From Lama glama (lineage: Eukaryota), in contig CM052818.1 of NCBI GenBank assembly GCA_028534125.1, forward strand, positions 4,156,001 through 4,220,000: a DNA stretch of 64,000 nucleotides. Direction: 5' to 3'. The notes under the pieces were generated by a model that saw only the letters and a list, made by a program, of their open reading frames with translations, did no database searches and was not told the origin of the DNA. Positions 26,696-39,695 of the stretch are shown in pieces (position 1 is the stretch's first letter; each line of letters begins with the position of its first letter). Made by a program: the position numbers and the translations under genes.

Positions 26696-28139
26696 ACGCT
26701 GTAATTTTTAATTAAAGAATATTATTATACTAATTTTGCATTTAGAATAGACAAGTTTTTAAATGTGTATGTCTAGAAAAACTGGAAGAAGTGAGGATTT
26801 AGCTGGCTATTTCTCACTGCTGGGATAATTTTTATTTTCTACTTTGTGATTCTTCTGCACCCTCCAAATTTCTTACCATGCACACATACAGCTTTTGTAA
26901 CCAAAATATTCACATCTATATACAGTAAAACATTCTAAGAAATTACCACTTGATTACTTAAAGCTTTTTTTAAAGGAGTCTTTTTACACTGAAATGAGTT
27001 TTGGATTTGGTCAAGTGCTTTTTTTCAGCCATCTATTTAGGGGTTGTGTGGTTTTTCTCATTTGCTTCTTGATTTTGACTTCTTGATCTGATATATTAAT
27101 AGGTTTCCTAAAAAATAAACCATGCTTGTCATCTTAGAAGAAGCTTCACCTAATTATCCCAGACTATCTTAATCCTGAGAGGTCTCTGAGTTTCCTCCTC
27201 CAGAAGTAAGGGAGAAAGCCACGACCTCCAATAATTTATTTTATCCTTTGACATCAGTTTATGCTTTACCAATGGTTTTTTTTGACATGTGTTTCATATC
27301 ACTTAATCCTGTGACAAAGGTAGGCCAGGTAAGATAATCTCATCTTACGAAAGAAGAAAGAGGGGTCCAGGAAGAATTAAACAATTACATGGCCAGATGG
27401 TAGAAGAACCAGGAAAAGAACACGAGGTCACCTGCTACCCCTCACGGAAGTGAGCCTCGCTGAGCTCCCCTTTCTGCTGACTTGGGAAGGCCAATGCGCT
27501 ATAGCCATCGTCCTCATTCTCTGCAGATGGGAAGATTTCCTGCCTTGGCTATGAATGCACCAGGACCCCCAGCTTAGCCAGTAACTGCTTGGTTCTGATA
27601 GAGTCCAGGTTGTTCACAAAGCGAAGGAAGTCTGGCTGCCATGCACAGGACGCTGGGCTAGAACAGTCAGTGGTGGGGTCTCTGGCCCCTCTCAGCCTCT
27701 GCAGGGACAGACGCTCACAGCCCTCGGGTGGAGGGCCTGGTTAACGCTGCTGATGCGTCACAGAGTCTCGAGCCTGCCCTTACTGAGAAATGTCTTCTCC
27801 CACCATGACCTTCTCATTGCTTTACAGACCCTGCAATCCACCTCTAATATCCCTACCCTTCTGGGGGCTTTCTTTCTGGCTCCAGAAGATTCTAGAATCT
27901 GCCTTCCCTAACAAGTTCCTTCTGGCCAAGCCCACACTTTCACCTCCAAGGATGTGAGCTCTAGAGAGGGTTTGCAATCAACCTGGTTGCCTTGAGACAT
28001 ACAGTTTCCACCTGGGGTCGGAGGGTAACTGTTAATAGCACCCCGTTTCACTCTCAGGCACCGTGATGGCCATGAGCAATCAACGAGGCAGGAAGAAAGG
28101 AGCCAGGCCCCAGATTTAGGATCAAAGCCCTCTCTAGCC

Positions 28140-28940
28140 CCATCTACTGCATCAGGAAATCCTGTTTACTGTACTTTCAAAGTCTGTCAGGAAACTAATC
28201 ATTTTCCTTCAGCCCACAACTCCCACTGAGATTCTAAACATTATAACCTCTCATCTAAATTACCTTTATGCCTCTTCCCTGGATTTATTTTTGAGCATGG
28301 TAGCCAGAGCCATCTTTTTTACAACATAACCTAAGAATGTCCCCTTTCTGCTGAAAACACTGTAGTGCCTCCCATCTCTCTCAGTGTAAACACTCAAGTC
28401 CTTACAATGGCCTGCAATGTCCTTTGCAGTTTGCGTCCTGATCCCCTGCTCTCCCCTCTCTGACCGCTGATTCTCTCATTCCCTAACTCTGCTGCCCCCA
28501 CAGTGACTTCCTTGCTATTTCTCACACCAGACATGCTCTGCCTCAGGGCCTTTGCACTGGCTGTCCCATCTGCTTGGAGTGCCCTTTCCCCAGAGATCCA
28601 CCTGGCTAATTGCTTCTCCCCTTTCATCTTTGCTCAAATGTCACCCTCTTCATGAGGTCATTCTGATCGCCCTTCTTGAAGTTGTACCAACTCCCCCCAC
28701 AAACACTTGACCCCCCCCAGCCCATTCTATGTTTTTTCCTCATAGAACTAGTCATTTTCTACCACATCACATACCTTTCTTATTTACTATGTTTATTTTC
28801 TGTCTCCCCCCACCCCTCAACACCTTTTAAGTTGCACATGGCAGGGATTTTTAATCTGTTTTACTCACTGGGTTATTTCAAGGACCCAGAACAGTGTCTG
28901 GCACAGAGTAGATGCTCAATAAATGCTGGCTGAACAGACA
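28140..28940 (+). mobile_element. L2 3' fragment
   Basis: cctcagggcctttgcactggctgt...ggcacagagtagatgctcaataaatg. Confidence 0.75.
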
Positions 28941-29199
28941 AAGAGGTGAAAGCCCCAAATCAATTTCCTTGAACCCGAATCCACTCTCCCTGGGCCCATA
29001 GGCTCGGAATCCCCATCAAGACCATGTTACCAGCCTTGACTTAGAGCTGCTTTTGGGAAACACCACAGGGCCCATCTTGGGGCTCCGGGGAGGGGGACTT
29101 CCCTGTCATCTCTGCAACTCGATGTCTAGGAAATGGCGAGAAGGAGAGAGCCAAGTTCTCTCAGATGGACAGGGGTCTGGTCCTAGTAGGAAAGCCCCT

Positions 29200-30050
29200 G
29201 TGAGTTTACAGCGGTCTCCGGGGCTCCACCTCCTCCCGCACCCGGGAGGGTTCAGCCCTGGAAAGGGGGCGAATGGCCGGGCAGGTACCTGATGCTTCAC
29301 GTCCTCTTCATCCTTGTAGTAGTAGAGCTGCTGCGCCCTCAGCACGAAGTACCTCTGCTGCCAGTTCTTGACGATGGACCTCTGCTTCTTCAGCCAGCCC
29401 ATCTTGAGGGGTCTTTCCAGCGGGTTGGGGGTGGACGTGGGGTGAAAGGCCGCCATCTGCTCGCCGGTCATCACGCTCCTTGACCGAGCTGTGGAGAGGG
29501 ACAGACAGGCGGGCTGACCGACCGGGGACGCGAGCCGTGTGCGCGGAGGGGCCGAGGAGCGCCGGGCCCCAGCCAGGCCGGGCTCGGGGGTCCCGATGTG
29601 CGGCGGAGGGGACGCCCCGGGACCCGGCGCGCCGGCCGAGGGGGCTGCTCGCACCAGCGCCGGCCCAGGGGCCCAACACCCCCGCAGTCGGCCCGGCGGC
29701 TGGAGTCGGCCCCCTCGTTCTGCAAAGCCCGAGATTGGCTGGAGCCTTCTGAAGAGGAAGTGGCCGCAGCATCTGACAAAAGGTGCTTCCTTTTTCCTGC
29801 GTGGGAGTCAATATCTGACAAGAGGGGAGAAAAGAATGCCTCTGCCCTCAGGGCTCAGGCGGAGCCCCACGCAGCTGCAGAAGCTGCCGGGCTTGCTCCT
29901 CAGAAGGGCGGCTGCTGTCTCCCCCGCCTCGCCGTCCCTCACAGCCCTGCCCCCGCAGGGCCGCCCCCGGCCCCTGTCCACGCAGGATGTTGGCACCTCC
30001 TGAATCTTCCTGCCCAGCGTCATCAAGCGCTCTCTGTCCCCCGCCCCCTG
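29200..30050 (-). promoter_or_regulatory. CpG island / putative internal ARHGAP25 promoter
   Basis: Very GC- and CpG-rich stretch overlapping and upstream of the 200-nt exon. AGCCAATC (NF-Y type) on minus at 29733-29740 and GAAGAGGAAGTG (ETS/PU.1 type) at 29751-29762. Confidence 0.75.
29289..29488 (-). CDS. ARHGAP25: ARHGAP25 coding exon (equivalent to human exon 2; 200 nt), N-terminal PH domain
   Basis: Translates (A)RSRSVMTGEQMAAFHPTSTPNPLERPLKMGWLKKQRSIVKNWQQRYFVLRAQQLYYYKDEEDVKHQ, recognised as ARHGAP25. Acceptor CCCTCTCCACAG|CT, donor CAG|GTACCT, phase 1 to phase 0. Confidence 0.96.
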
Positions 30051-30399
30051 AGAGTGTTTACAGCCCTTTCTGCTGGACCAGCAGCCTTCCTGTAGCTGCC
30101 TTCCTATGACCTTTACAGTCAGACTGTCCCTCCTTTGAGGCTGACAGCACTGAAGCATTTGAAGGGCAAACAAATCTGCCAACGGGACACAGAAGCAGAA
30201 TTTGAATCCAGACCCGTCAACCCACTGCACGGAAGAGGTGGCTTTTGTTTTCACCCAAGAGCTCTGCCTGTCATCGGATTAGGTCCAGGTGTCTGCAGCT
30301 TGTCTCCATGGAGACTCCCACCGAGGACAACTCTCTCCTTTTCTCCCCTCCACTCTCTAGTCTCATCTCACCAAGGAGAGGCCACTTCTTTCTTTCCTG

Positions 30400-30575
30400 A
30401 TTCTTTGACCCTGGGTGCGTTACACAACTTCTCCGAGCCTCCGTTTCCTCGCTTGTGAAACTGGGAGAATCACAGCCCCCATTCTACAGAACTGCAGTGG
30501 AGGTTAAACAAAGTAACATGTATAAACCACTGAGCACAGTCTCCGCTCCAAGGGCAGCAAGTGTGACTCACTGTT
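30400..30575 (+). mobile_element. MIR
   Basis: cttctccgagcctccgtttcctcgcttgtgaaactggg core. Confidence 0.6.
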
Positions 30576-32694
30576 TTATCAGCAGATGACTTGACTTCCT
30601 GCTGCGAGAATAGCGAGCATCTCTGAGAACCTCCTAAACTTCCCTCTTGGTTTCAAAATGTTGCTCTGGCAGCAGGCTTTCCCTCTTCCTTCATCCCTGG
30701 CACCAGTGCCTTGAATCAACAACTTCTCCCCTTGCTTTTGCTTCCTTCCTTTCTATCTCCTTCTGGATCTGTGGTTTTCAAGCCTTACTTACGTTCATGA
30801 TACGGTTACAAAACCCAGAATTTTATTGAGCATTACAAAGTCTTTCTTCCACTGACTCTGATTGTATCCGGAGTTATCACCCTATTTACATGCGTCGTCC
30901 TGTATTGCTGGAGAGGACTGTGCCCTAAGGAGGCTCCCTTGATCCTCACAGACCCTCATTCCCAGGTGCCAGCTTGCAGTCACCCCTCACCTCTCACCAG
31001 GGACTGGAGAAGTCATAGATTGTACCCCAGGACACAAGACATACTTAATTCGACCTCCTATTGGACAGACATGCTAAGAGTGAAAAGTAACTTGACATTT
31101 TGATGACGATTTAGCAGCAAGCTTGCAAAGGGTTTGCTTTATATCAACTGGCACGCCAGTTAAGAATGTTATCTTTGCTCTTGCTCCTCGGTTCACTGCT
31201 ATCTTCAAGGTTGTCCATCTGTCACTCAAAGAACAGCCACTATGGGGGCTGATCGCTGACTCTCAGACTGCTTACATGATCTGAAGGAACCATAGGAAGA
31301 CAGTGGGGAGGAAGGAATCTGAAGAAGTGTATACATCTCTGGGTCTCTCTAGGTCAGGGGTTGTAACATGGGAGAAGGGCTCGGATTTGTACTAGAAAGA
31401 GGGTAAACTGTAGGCAGAGATGAGAAGAATGAGTCACACGCAGAAGTTTAGAAGAAGACAGAAGAGTGAGGAATGTTGGCAGCTGCAGGGGCGTCTCCCC
31501 CATCTCGGTAGCCTCTGCGTAGCCCAGCCCAGTGGGACTTCTGTGAGCATCCAGGTGAAGCAGCATCAGACTTGGGAGGGAGGACCCCCCTCCTAGCAAG
31601 TGCATGGTGAGGAGGCTTCACACGGTTCCTAGGGTGATGCCACCAAAGGCAGCCAGGACAGGAGAGGGGGAGAGCAGGCAGGTGTCACATGGTGACTATA
31701 AGGACTCAGCGCCCCCTGCCCCCAACCCAGGCTTCCCCTAGAGACCCACAGAAACCGTAGACTGAAGAGAAGTAGCTCAGCACAGAAGAACTGAGCAGCT
31801 GGGACGCTAGTCTGTGGTCAGCTCTGGCAAATTTGTTATGCTCTGTAGTGGCAAAACAACAAGGACCAAAAAAACCCATGCAAACCCCCAAACCTCCCCC
31901 TAGAAGAATCTGGGCACTGCAGAATGGCCTGGCAGAGGCGGGAGCAGATCTGAGAATCAGATGCTCTCAGCCTGGGCCAAGAGGGGTCTTGATGTCCCTG
32001 TGACGAGGCAATCCCTTTGTCTGCACGCACACGGCCGAGGCCTTGGCTAAGCATCCTGTATGTTTCAGAAAGGACCCCATTTCCCCACACAGCCACTGTA
32101 TGCGTGATGTGACTGTGGGCACTGGGCCATGCGTGCGGAGGGCTCCGTACAAACTCCGCACTGCTGGAACCCGGCCCCAGCACTGGGGCGACGACAGCTG
32201 GGGCTCAGATGAGACAGGGGAGCTTTCTGTCCCATATCAGAGCCACCTCCCACTTCAGTCTTGCCCATCAGCCAGCCCTGTCATAAGACGATTCAGGTCT
32301 CAGGGAAGAGACTCCGAGTTGGACCCTGAGCTGAACTTGGTTTCGACTAACTTTCCTGCTGAGTTCCTTGGAACGGTCTCTCTTCCTTGTGGGTGTGACT
32401 CGTTCCCGGATAAAGTAAACAAAGAAATCTGTTGCTATTAATGGAGCTGTTTCTCCTACTGAAATCATCACGACGGTAAGCCTGGCCTCTGAGCCACCCA
32501 GCGCACACCAGCTGCGCGCGCTCCCAGCCCTCGGGAAGGCAGTCGGAGCCAGGCTGCGGGCTGCAGAGGGGGCTGCGGGCAGACCGGGGAGGCCAAGCGG
32601 GAGGTCGGAGGACAGTGGCTCAGAGTTTGTAGCACACTCTGGGGAAGTGGGAGACTCATGCTCATTCCAGCAGACAGAGGAAGGACAAGCCCCT

Positions 32695-32897
32695 AGCACT
32701 GCACTGTGCAAAATAGCAGCCACCTGCCGTGAGTGGCTTTGTCTGTGACAGTGAATTACAATAAATCAATTTCAGTGCCTCCGTCCCACCAGCCACCTTT
32801 CAAGTGCTCGGTAGCCCACGTGGCTCATGGCCACAGTAATGGACAACATGGAAAGAGAATATTTCCATCATCACAGAAAGTTCTAGTGGGCAGCACT
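32695..32897. mobile_element. MER3-like hAT-Charlie relic
   Basis: tttcaagtgctcggtagcccacgtggctc...atttccatcatcacagaaagttcta. Confidence 0.7.
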
Positions 32898-35492
32898 TCC
32901 CGGAACCTGAGTGTTATCTTCATGAAGTACGAGACGAAATGGGTCACAAAGGTGGGCGCAGCATTTCATCAAACAGAGAAATCAAGTTGGAGGACCCAGA
33001 TTAAAAGTAGCTTCAGAGGAGTTAGAATTTGTTTTTAGAGGTAATAGGGAGCCATCTCATGTACCTAAGCAAGGAAGGTCCACGAGAAAATACAGACAAG
33101 TGAGGTGACTGAACTGCACTGGCTGCGTCTTAGTCTACAGGTGAGGGAAGGCATCGGAAAGAAAAGGAGAGACATGGAAGATGGGCCGCATTCACAGGGA
33201 TGCTGTTTTTGTAGTAGAAGTTAGCAAGTGAGAGCAAGAGACAATTAAAGGAGGAAGTAATGAACAGAGAAGTCAGCCGGGCAGGTGTCATCACTTCCTT
33301 CCCCTCATCTTCTTATCTTCTGACCTCTCAACGCCCCAAATAATCAATCACAAAATCTTCTGAGATATTTCTTCCCTCTGCTCTCAACTCTGCATCTGTT
33401 TGGATTCGATTTTAGATGCTCTGCCTGTGTGGGTAAGATGGGGAGAGCTGATTCAAACCGAACAGCTACTGCAGACATCTTCTCACCATGTTTATCTGAG
33501 CAGTGTGTTAGTCTGGGAACCGTGTTTAAACAGATTTGAAAAGGGAGCAGAATTTACACGGCTTCACCCCCAGAAACCCTCTCCTGAGCTACACACCCTT
33601 CTCTCCAACTGTCTGCGTCTACCTCCGTGGGAATCTCAAGGTCACGTGTTGCTAGCTAAACTTACCACCTCCCTCCTCCTCACATCCCACCGTTCCCCAG
33701 CCTTGTACAACATACACACCCAAGCCTGCTCTAGTCCACTGGTCCCCACGGAGTGCTGTGTGTGACCTCCCCCGAGCCGACCAGCTAAGCCAGAAAGCTG
33801 CCCCATTTCCACAGTCATCACAGTCAACGGCTCTTTCTCTCTGATCCAGCCCTCCTCGCTACCCCAACATGGTCTGGGGGGCCCTTCTGTCCTCTCCCTG
33901 GATTCCTGCCATATTTCCCTGGCCTGTCTCCCTCCACCAGTCTCACTTCTAGCCCATTGATGGCTTATTGGCTTGGTCCTTTCGAAACACAAATCCGATT
34001 GTGTTACTTACCTCCTAAAAGCCTTCAATGACCCTCCAACATCTTCATCCTAAAAGATGAAGGCTAAGCTCCCTACCATGGGGTTCGGGTCCTTTGTGAG
34101 TTTTCCACTGCATTTCCTGCTCTTTCTCTATCCCCACCCTGCACTTCATCCAAGACAACATGCTCTTCCCTCCACCGGAATATTCTCCCCACCAATCCCA
34201 GTCCACCCCCAGTTCGACCTCTTTGATAGTTCTTGTTCATCCTTCAAGACGTCAGGCCACATCTTCCATGAGATGCCTTATCAGCCCAGCCAGACTGAGT
34301 CACTCCCTGGGCTCTGTTCCCTCTTAACCGGGACCACATGTCCTTCAAACCACTTGTCATCCTGTCTGGTCCTTTTCCTTACCCTGTCTTCCCTCTCCAC
34401 TTAAACGCTAAGAAGACAGCGGCTGTGCCTTCCTGCTTGGCCTTGTTCATCCACGTACCCCCAGCCCCGAACACAGAGCCTGATGGAGAGAAGGCGGGGT
34501 GAGGTAGCGGAGGGCCCAGGCTTCTCATGCGCACCCTGGGTGAGTCTTGTCTGTCCCTGGGGGTCAGTCTCCTCCTCTGTGAAGCTGTGATAATAACACA
34601 TACCTTGTGGGGAGGCCGGGCTATGAGGATGAATAGTGGTCAGTGGACAGGCCCCAGGCAATGTTTGCTTCTTAAATGGAGGTTGTTATTATTATTAGCG
34701 TCATTATCATAGTATGGATATGGTTATAGCTCACAGACTGGGAAAACCAGTCACAGAGCAGGGAAGGGAGTCAGAAAACATGGTGGGTTGGGACAGACAG
34801 GGAAGTCCTGTTCTGGGCGTGATGAGAAGATGAGGGTGGGGTGAGAACTTTCGAGGTCCCCAGAGTTCTGGTTTTGACAAGTAAGGACTGTGGGTTAAGA
34901 AAGAGGTTATGGGAAGAGAAGAGGCACAAATGAAAGCCAGGACATGAGACTCTCAGACCTGGAAAGTAACGAAATAGATGTTTGGAAATCAGAGACAAGC
35001 CGGAGCCCAGAGGAGACCAGCACTGAGAGAAACATTTTTAACTCAAGGCACTGGAGAGCGTCTCAGATTCAAGAGCATCTCAGTTCCCTTGGGACTCCAC
35101 AGAGAACTTGCACTAGGTGTAAGCATGGGAGAAAGGAAATGCAAGAAATTCTATTATCCTCAAGAATTTGGCGATGGAGCGGGGGCTGCTGCCTGAAAGG
35201 GAAATGAATGGAGAGAGGCTGTCAACTTGTGCTGAGCGAAGGTCCAGGGCCAGTTCTGGCCCATCTCACAGCCCAGGGACAGGAACTGTCCTCAGGGAGC
35301 AGACTGCACTCTGAGGTGGATGGATACAGCCACTCACCAGGGTAACAGCTTCATGAGAGGAGCACTGGCTGGGTTTCAGCCCTGCTCACCCTTTCTGCCA
35401 AGACTTAACCAGCACACACTTACACAAACTTACGTGTTCTGTCAAAGGATTTAAGGATCTAAAGCACCATTCAAAAGCAAGAGGTCCTTTTT

Positions 35493-36300
35493 AGGAAATG
35501 CAAGTCAAAACCACAATGAGATGTCACCTCACACCTCTCAGAATGGCTATCATCAGAAAGACCATAAATAACAAATGTTGGTGAGGACGCAGAGAAAAGG
35601 GAATCCTTGTACACCATTGGTGGGAATGTAAATTGGTGCAGCCCCTATAGAAAACAGTATGGAGGTTTCTCAAAGACACTAAAAATAAAACTACCATATG
35701 ATCCAGCAATTCCACTCCTGGGTATATATTGAAATACAAAAACAAAAACAAAAACAAAAACCTCAAAACACTGATTCAAAAAGATACATGCACTCCAATG
35801 TTCACAGCAGCACTATGTACAATAGCCAAGACATGGAAGCAACCTAAATGTCCATCAACGGATGACTAGATAAAGAAGATGTGGTGTCAATATACCATGG
35901 AATATTACTCAGCCATAAAAAATAATGAAATAATGCCATTTGCAGCAACATGGATGGACTTGGAGGGCACTATGCTGAGTGAAATAAATCAGACAAAGAC
36001 AAATACTGTATGATGTCACTTTTATGTGAAATCTGAAAAATACAACAAACCAGTGAATTTAATGAAAGAGAAGCAGACTCACAGATATAGAGAACAAACT
36101 AGTGGTTACCTGGTAGGGAGAGAGAAGGGGAGAGGGGTAATATAGGGGTGGGGGAGTGGGAGGTACACAGTGTTGGGTGTAAGACAGCCTTAAGGATGTC
36201 TTGTACAACACAAGGAATACAGCCAATATTTTATAATAACTGTAAATGGAGTATAACCTTTAATATTTGTACAGATTTTTTTTAATTTAAAAAATAAAAT
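35493..36300 (+). mobile_element. 5'-truncated L1 (ORF2 end + 3'UTR)
   Basis: aaatgcaagtcaaaaccacaatgag...ccatatgatccagcaattccactcctggg; short ag(g/a)tccttttt flanks. Confidence 0.9.
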
Positions 36301-36566
36301 AGATCCTTTTTCAAGAAGTGTTTGAGTTTCTGACCTCAGTATTCTCTCCCAGAAAGGGATATTTGGCTACGTAGATGAGCAGAAGTCCCATGGCCTCAGG
36401 AATAAATATCTTGGTGTTTTTATTGCATGTCGGCAGATTATAAGATGCTGGAGCCATGGAGAGGTTCTTGAGGGCAAGGACCATGCCTTATTCATTTCAG
36501 TACCTTGAGGACCCTTACCGTGTCTGCCTCAGAAAAGTTAATTGGAAGGAACAAAGAGAAAGAAAA

Positions 36567-36589
36567 TGTGTGTGTGTGTGTGTGTGTGT
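36567..36589. repeat. (TG)n microsatellite
   Basis: Seen directly. Confidence 0.9.
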
Positions 36590-36709
36590 ATGATATGGAT
36601 AGAAAATAATGCTGAATAAAGTTCAAACAGAAGACTCCTAGGACGGGTTCTTTTTAACAAAGAAACTAACAAACTCTCAGCTTTCCCTTATATTCTTCTT
36701 AAAAAATTA

Positions 36710-37410
36710 TTTTTTTTAACTGAATTATCATCAGTTTACAATGTTGTGTCAATTTCTGGTGTACAGCATAATGTTTCAGTCATATCTGTATATACATATA
36801 TTCCTTTTTATATTCTTTTTCATAATGGGTTACTATAAGATATTGAATATAGTTCCCTGTGCTATACAGAAGAAACTTGTTGTTTATCTATTTTATGTAT
36901 AGTAGTTACTATCTGCAAATCCCAAACTCCCAATTTATCTCTCCACCCCTTTCTCCCCCCTGGTAACCATAAGTGTGTTTTCTATGTCTGTGAGTCTGGT
37001 TCTATTTTGAAAATAAGTTCATTTATACCTTTTAAAAAATGTTCCACATCTAAGTGATATCATATGGTATTTTTCTTTCTCTGTCTGGCTTACTTCACTT
37101 AGAATGACATTCTCCAGTTCCATCCATGTTGCTGCCAATTGCATTATTTTAATATTTTTATGGCTGAGTAGTATTTCATTGTGTAAATATACCACACTTC
37201 TTTATCCAGTCATCTGTCAATGGACATTTAGGTAGTTTCCATGTCTTGGCCATTGTAAATAGTGCTGCTGTGAACATCGGGGTGCATGTATCTTTTTGAA
37301 TTAGAGTTCCTTCCAGATATATGCCCAGGAGCGGGACTGCTGGATCATATGGTAAGTCTGTTTTTAGTTTTTTAAGGAATCTCCTTACTGTTTTCCATAA
37401 TGGTTGTATA
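36710..37410 (-). mobile_element. 5'-truncated L1, sense to ARHGAP25
   Basis: Its reverse complement closely matches the 23.9-24.6 kb copy. Confidence 0.9.
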
Positions 37411-38409
37411 CATTTTTTTTCACCAATCTAACCACACCACCTAGAAGTTCATTTGGTCAATTGAAGGTTCTCAATGAATGTTTCTTAACTGAGTAAAATA
37501 AATAGTTCAGCGAGATATGTGAGTCACCATCAGGCATCTGATATTCACAGCAAATGGTGGATTTAACCATTGGTGGCATTTCTAGATACATTCACTCGTG
37601 CCCACTCACGCGGAGCGGCCAGGGAAGGGAGAGTCCCCGCTGTAGGATGACCCACACCCACGGCGATCTATCTGGTGAACACTTCCCTGCACCAGCCGTC
37701 ATGCGCGCACGCTGTCAGTCCTGTCTGGCTGAGTACTCATGCTAACTCTTCCTGGGGAGCTCCACACTGTCATCTATTTTATAGACCAGGAACTGGAGCT
37801 CAGGGACATGAAGTGATCTGCCCAGTGACACAGAGAAAATTCTAATTTCCAAGCCCAGGGTCCATACCTAGGCCCTGGGCCCCCAGAGAGGCACTGATCC
37901 TGGTGGTAAAGCGAGGGGCCTAGATGGGGAACAGTGTGTAAGACTTCACAGGGTTAGACAGTAAGAGTGAGCGAAGGAGAGACAGGCCACCACTCGCAGC
38001 CCATCACGGGAGACACCTGCCTCGGCCCCCACCCACTTCGCCTCATGTGTAAACCACTGTGTGCTACTTTTTCCATCCAGCATGAGCTCTGAAGGGCTCA
38101 GCAGGCCTCGAGAAGAGACTGACAGAGAGGTTGTACTGAAACCTCCAGCCCCCACCGAGGGTGTGCTGACACCCCGACAGGAAAGTGGACATCTTAGGTG
38201 GTCCTGCCACATGCTACCGCCTCTCTGTCCAAGCTCCTTTGAAGAGACCTGAGGATCCTGACCAAAGCCCGGTGTGGCCGAGGCGTGGGAGGGAGGAGCA
38301 TGGAGCCACCCCAGCACTCGGCCCAGTGGGCCCCCCACCCTGGAGCCTGGGAAACAGCAGGCCCGTTATGGCTGCCTCCCCAGAAATGGCGAGCAAAGAT
38401 ACGTACACC

Positions 38410-38602
38410 ATTGTCTACACCCTGCACCCCCATCCCCAACACACACAACATAACCACCCACACACATACACACATAACCTGATGCACCAATACACCCCCA
38501 CCTCCCCCCACACACAGCTCTACACACATCCCACCCCCCCACACCCACACACCCACACCCCCCACATACACCGACACACATAAACCACCCGCCCCACACA
38601 CG
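38410..38602. repeat. Degenerate CA/C-rich low-complexity repeat
   Basis: cacacacatacacac and cccccacac runs. Confidence 0.85.
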
Positions 38603-39195
38603 TGCAGACCCTCAGCATGTCCAGCTCTCAAGACTGTGGGAAGATGGTCTTCCCAGAAGCAAATTCACTCTTTTAACTTCAGAACCTCCAGGCCCACTTT
38701 CTATACCCTTTTTCTCTTTTCCTTCTCCAAGGCAAACTTACCTCTATTTTAAAGCACCCACCCTTTAGCAGGGTGGGGAACTTGAAAAATCTCTCAAAAC
38801 CTGGTATTTGGACTTTAGGATATATTTATCCTGTGATTATTAACCTGAATTTCTTTTTTAATTCTAAGTTTCATTTTATTTACTTTGCCCCCCACAAAAG
38901 TCAACAAGATATAAGACTGAGGACAGCACGGGGCACCCAGAATTAAGTCACAGGCAAAAGTCCCGGGACACCATCCATGAAACAAATTCGAAGAACCTGG
39001 TTCAAAGAAACATCAAAAGTTACCCTTTGAATACCTGCCTCTATACCCAGGAATGGAGCAGGTTTAATTTTGCCTTGTTCTGTATACGTAAAAATTCATT
39101 GTTGGACAAGTGAGCCTTTCAACCTAAAAGAGTAAATGCTGCTTTGCAAAGGGACTTGGCACATGTAGCTATGTCTTTTGCAGGAATAAGTAAAA

Positions 39196-39695
39196 NNNNN
39201 NNNNNNNNNNNNNNNNNNNNNNNNNNNNNNNNNNNNNNNNNNNNNNNNNNNNNNNNNNNNNNNNNNNNNNNNNNNNNNNNNNNNNNNNNNNNNNNNNNNN
39301 NNNNNNNNNNNNNNNNNNNNNNNNNNNNNNNNNNNNNNNNNNNNNNNNNNNNNNNNNNNNNNNNNNNNNNNNNNNNNNNNNNNNNNNNNNNNNNNNNNNN
39401 NNNNNNNNNNNNNNNNNNNNNNNNNNNNNNNNNNNNNNNNNNNNNNNNNNNNNNNNNNNNNNNNNNNNNNNNNNNNNNNNNNNNNNNNNNNNNNNNNNNN
39501 NNNNNNNNNNNNNNNNNNNNNNNNNNNNNNNNNNNNNNNNNNNNNNNNNNNNNNNNNNNNNNNNNNNNNNNNNNNNNNNNNNNNNNNNNNNNNNNNNNNN
39601 NNNNNNNNNNNNNNNNNNNNNNNNNNNNNNNNNNNNNNNNNNNNNNNNNNNNNNNNNNNNNNNNNNNNNNNNNNNNNNNNNNNNNNNNNNNNNNN
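39196..39695. other. Assembly gap (exactly 500 N)
   Basis: Run of N; the round length suggests a placeholder scaffold gap. Confidence 0.99.

Noticed and set aside
29480..30254. Several overlapping 90-165 aa ORFs
   Set aside because: Expected from stop-codon depletion in a CpG island; only the ARHGAP25 frame is recognisable.
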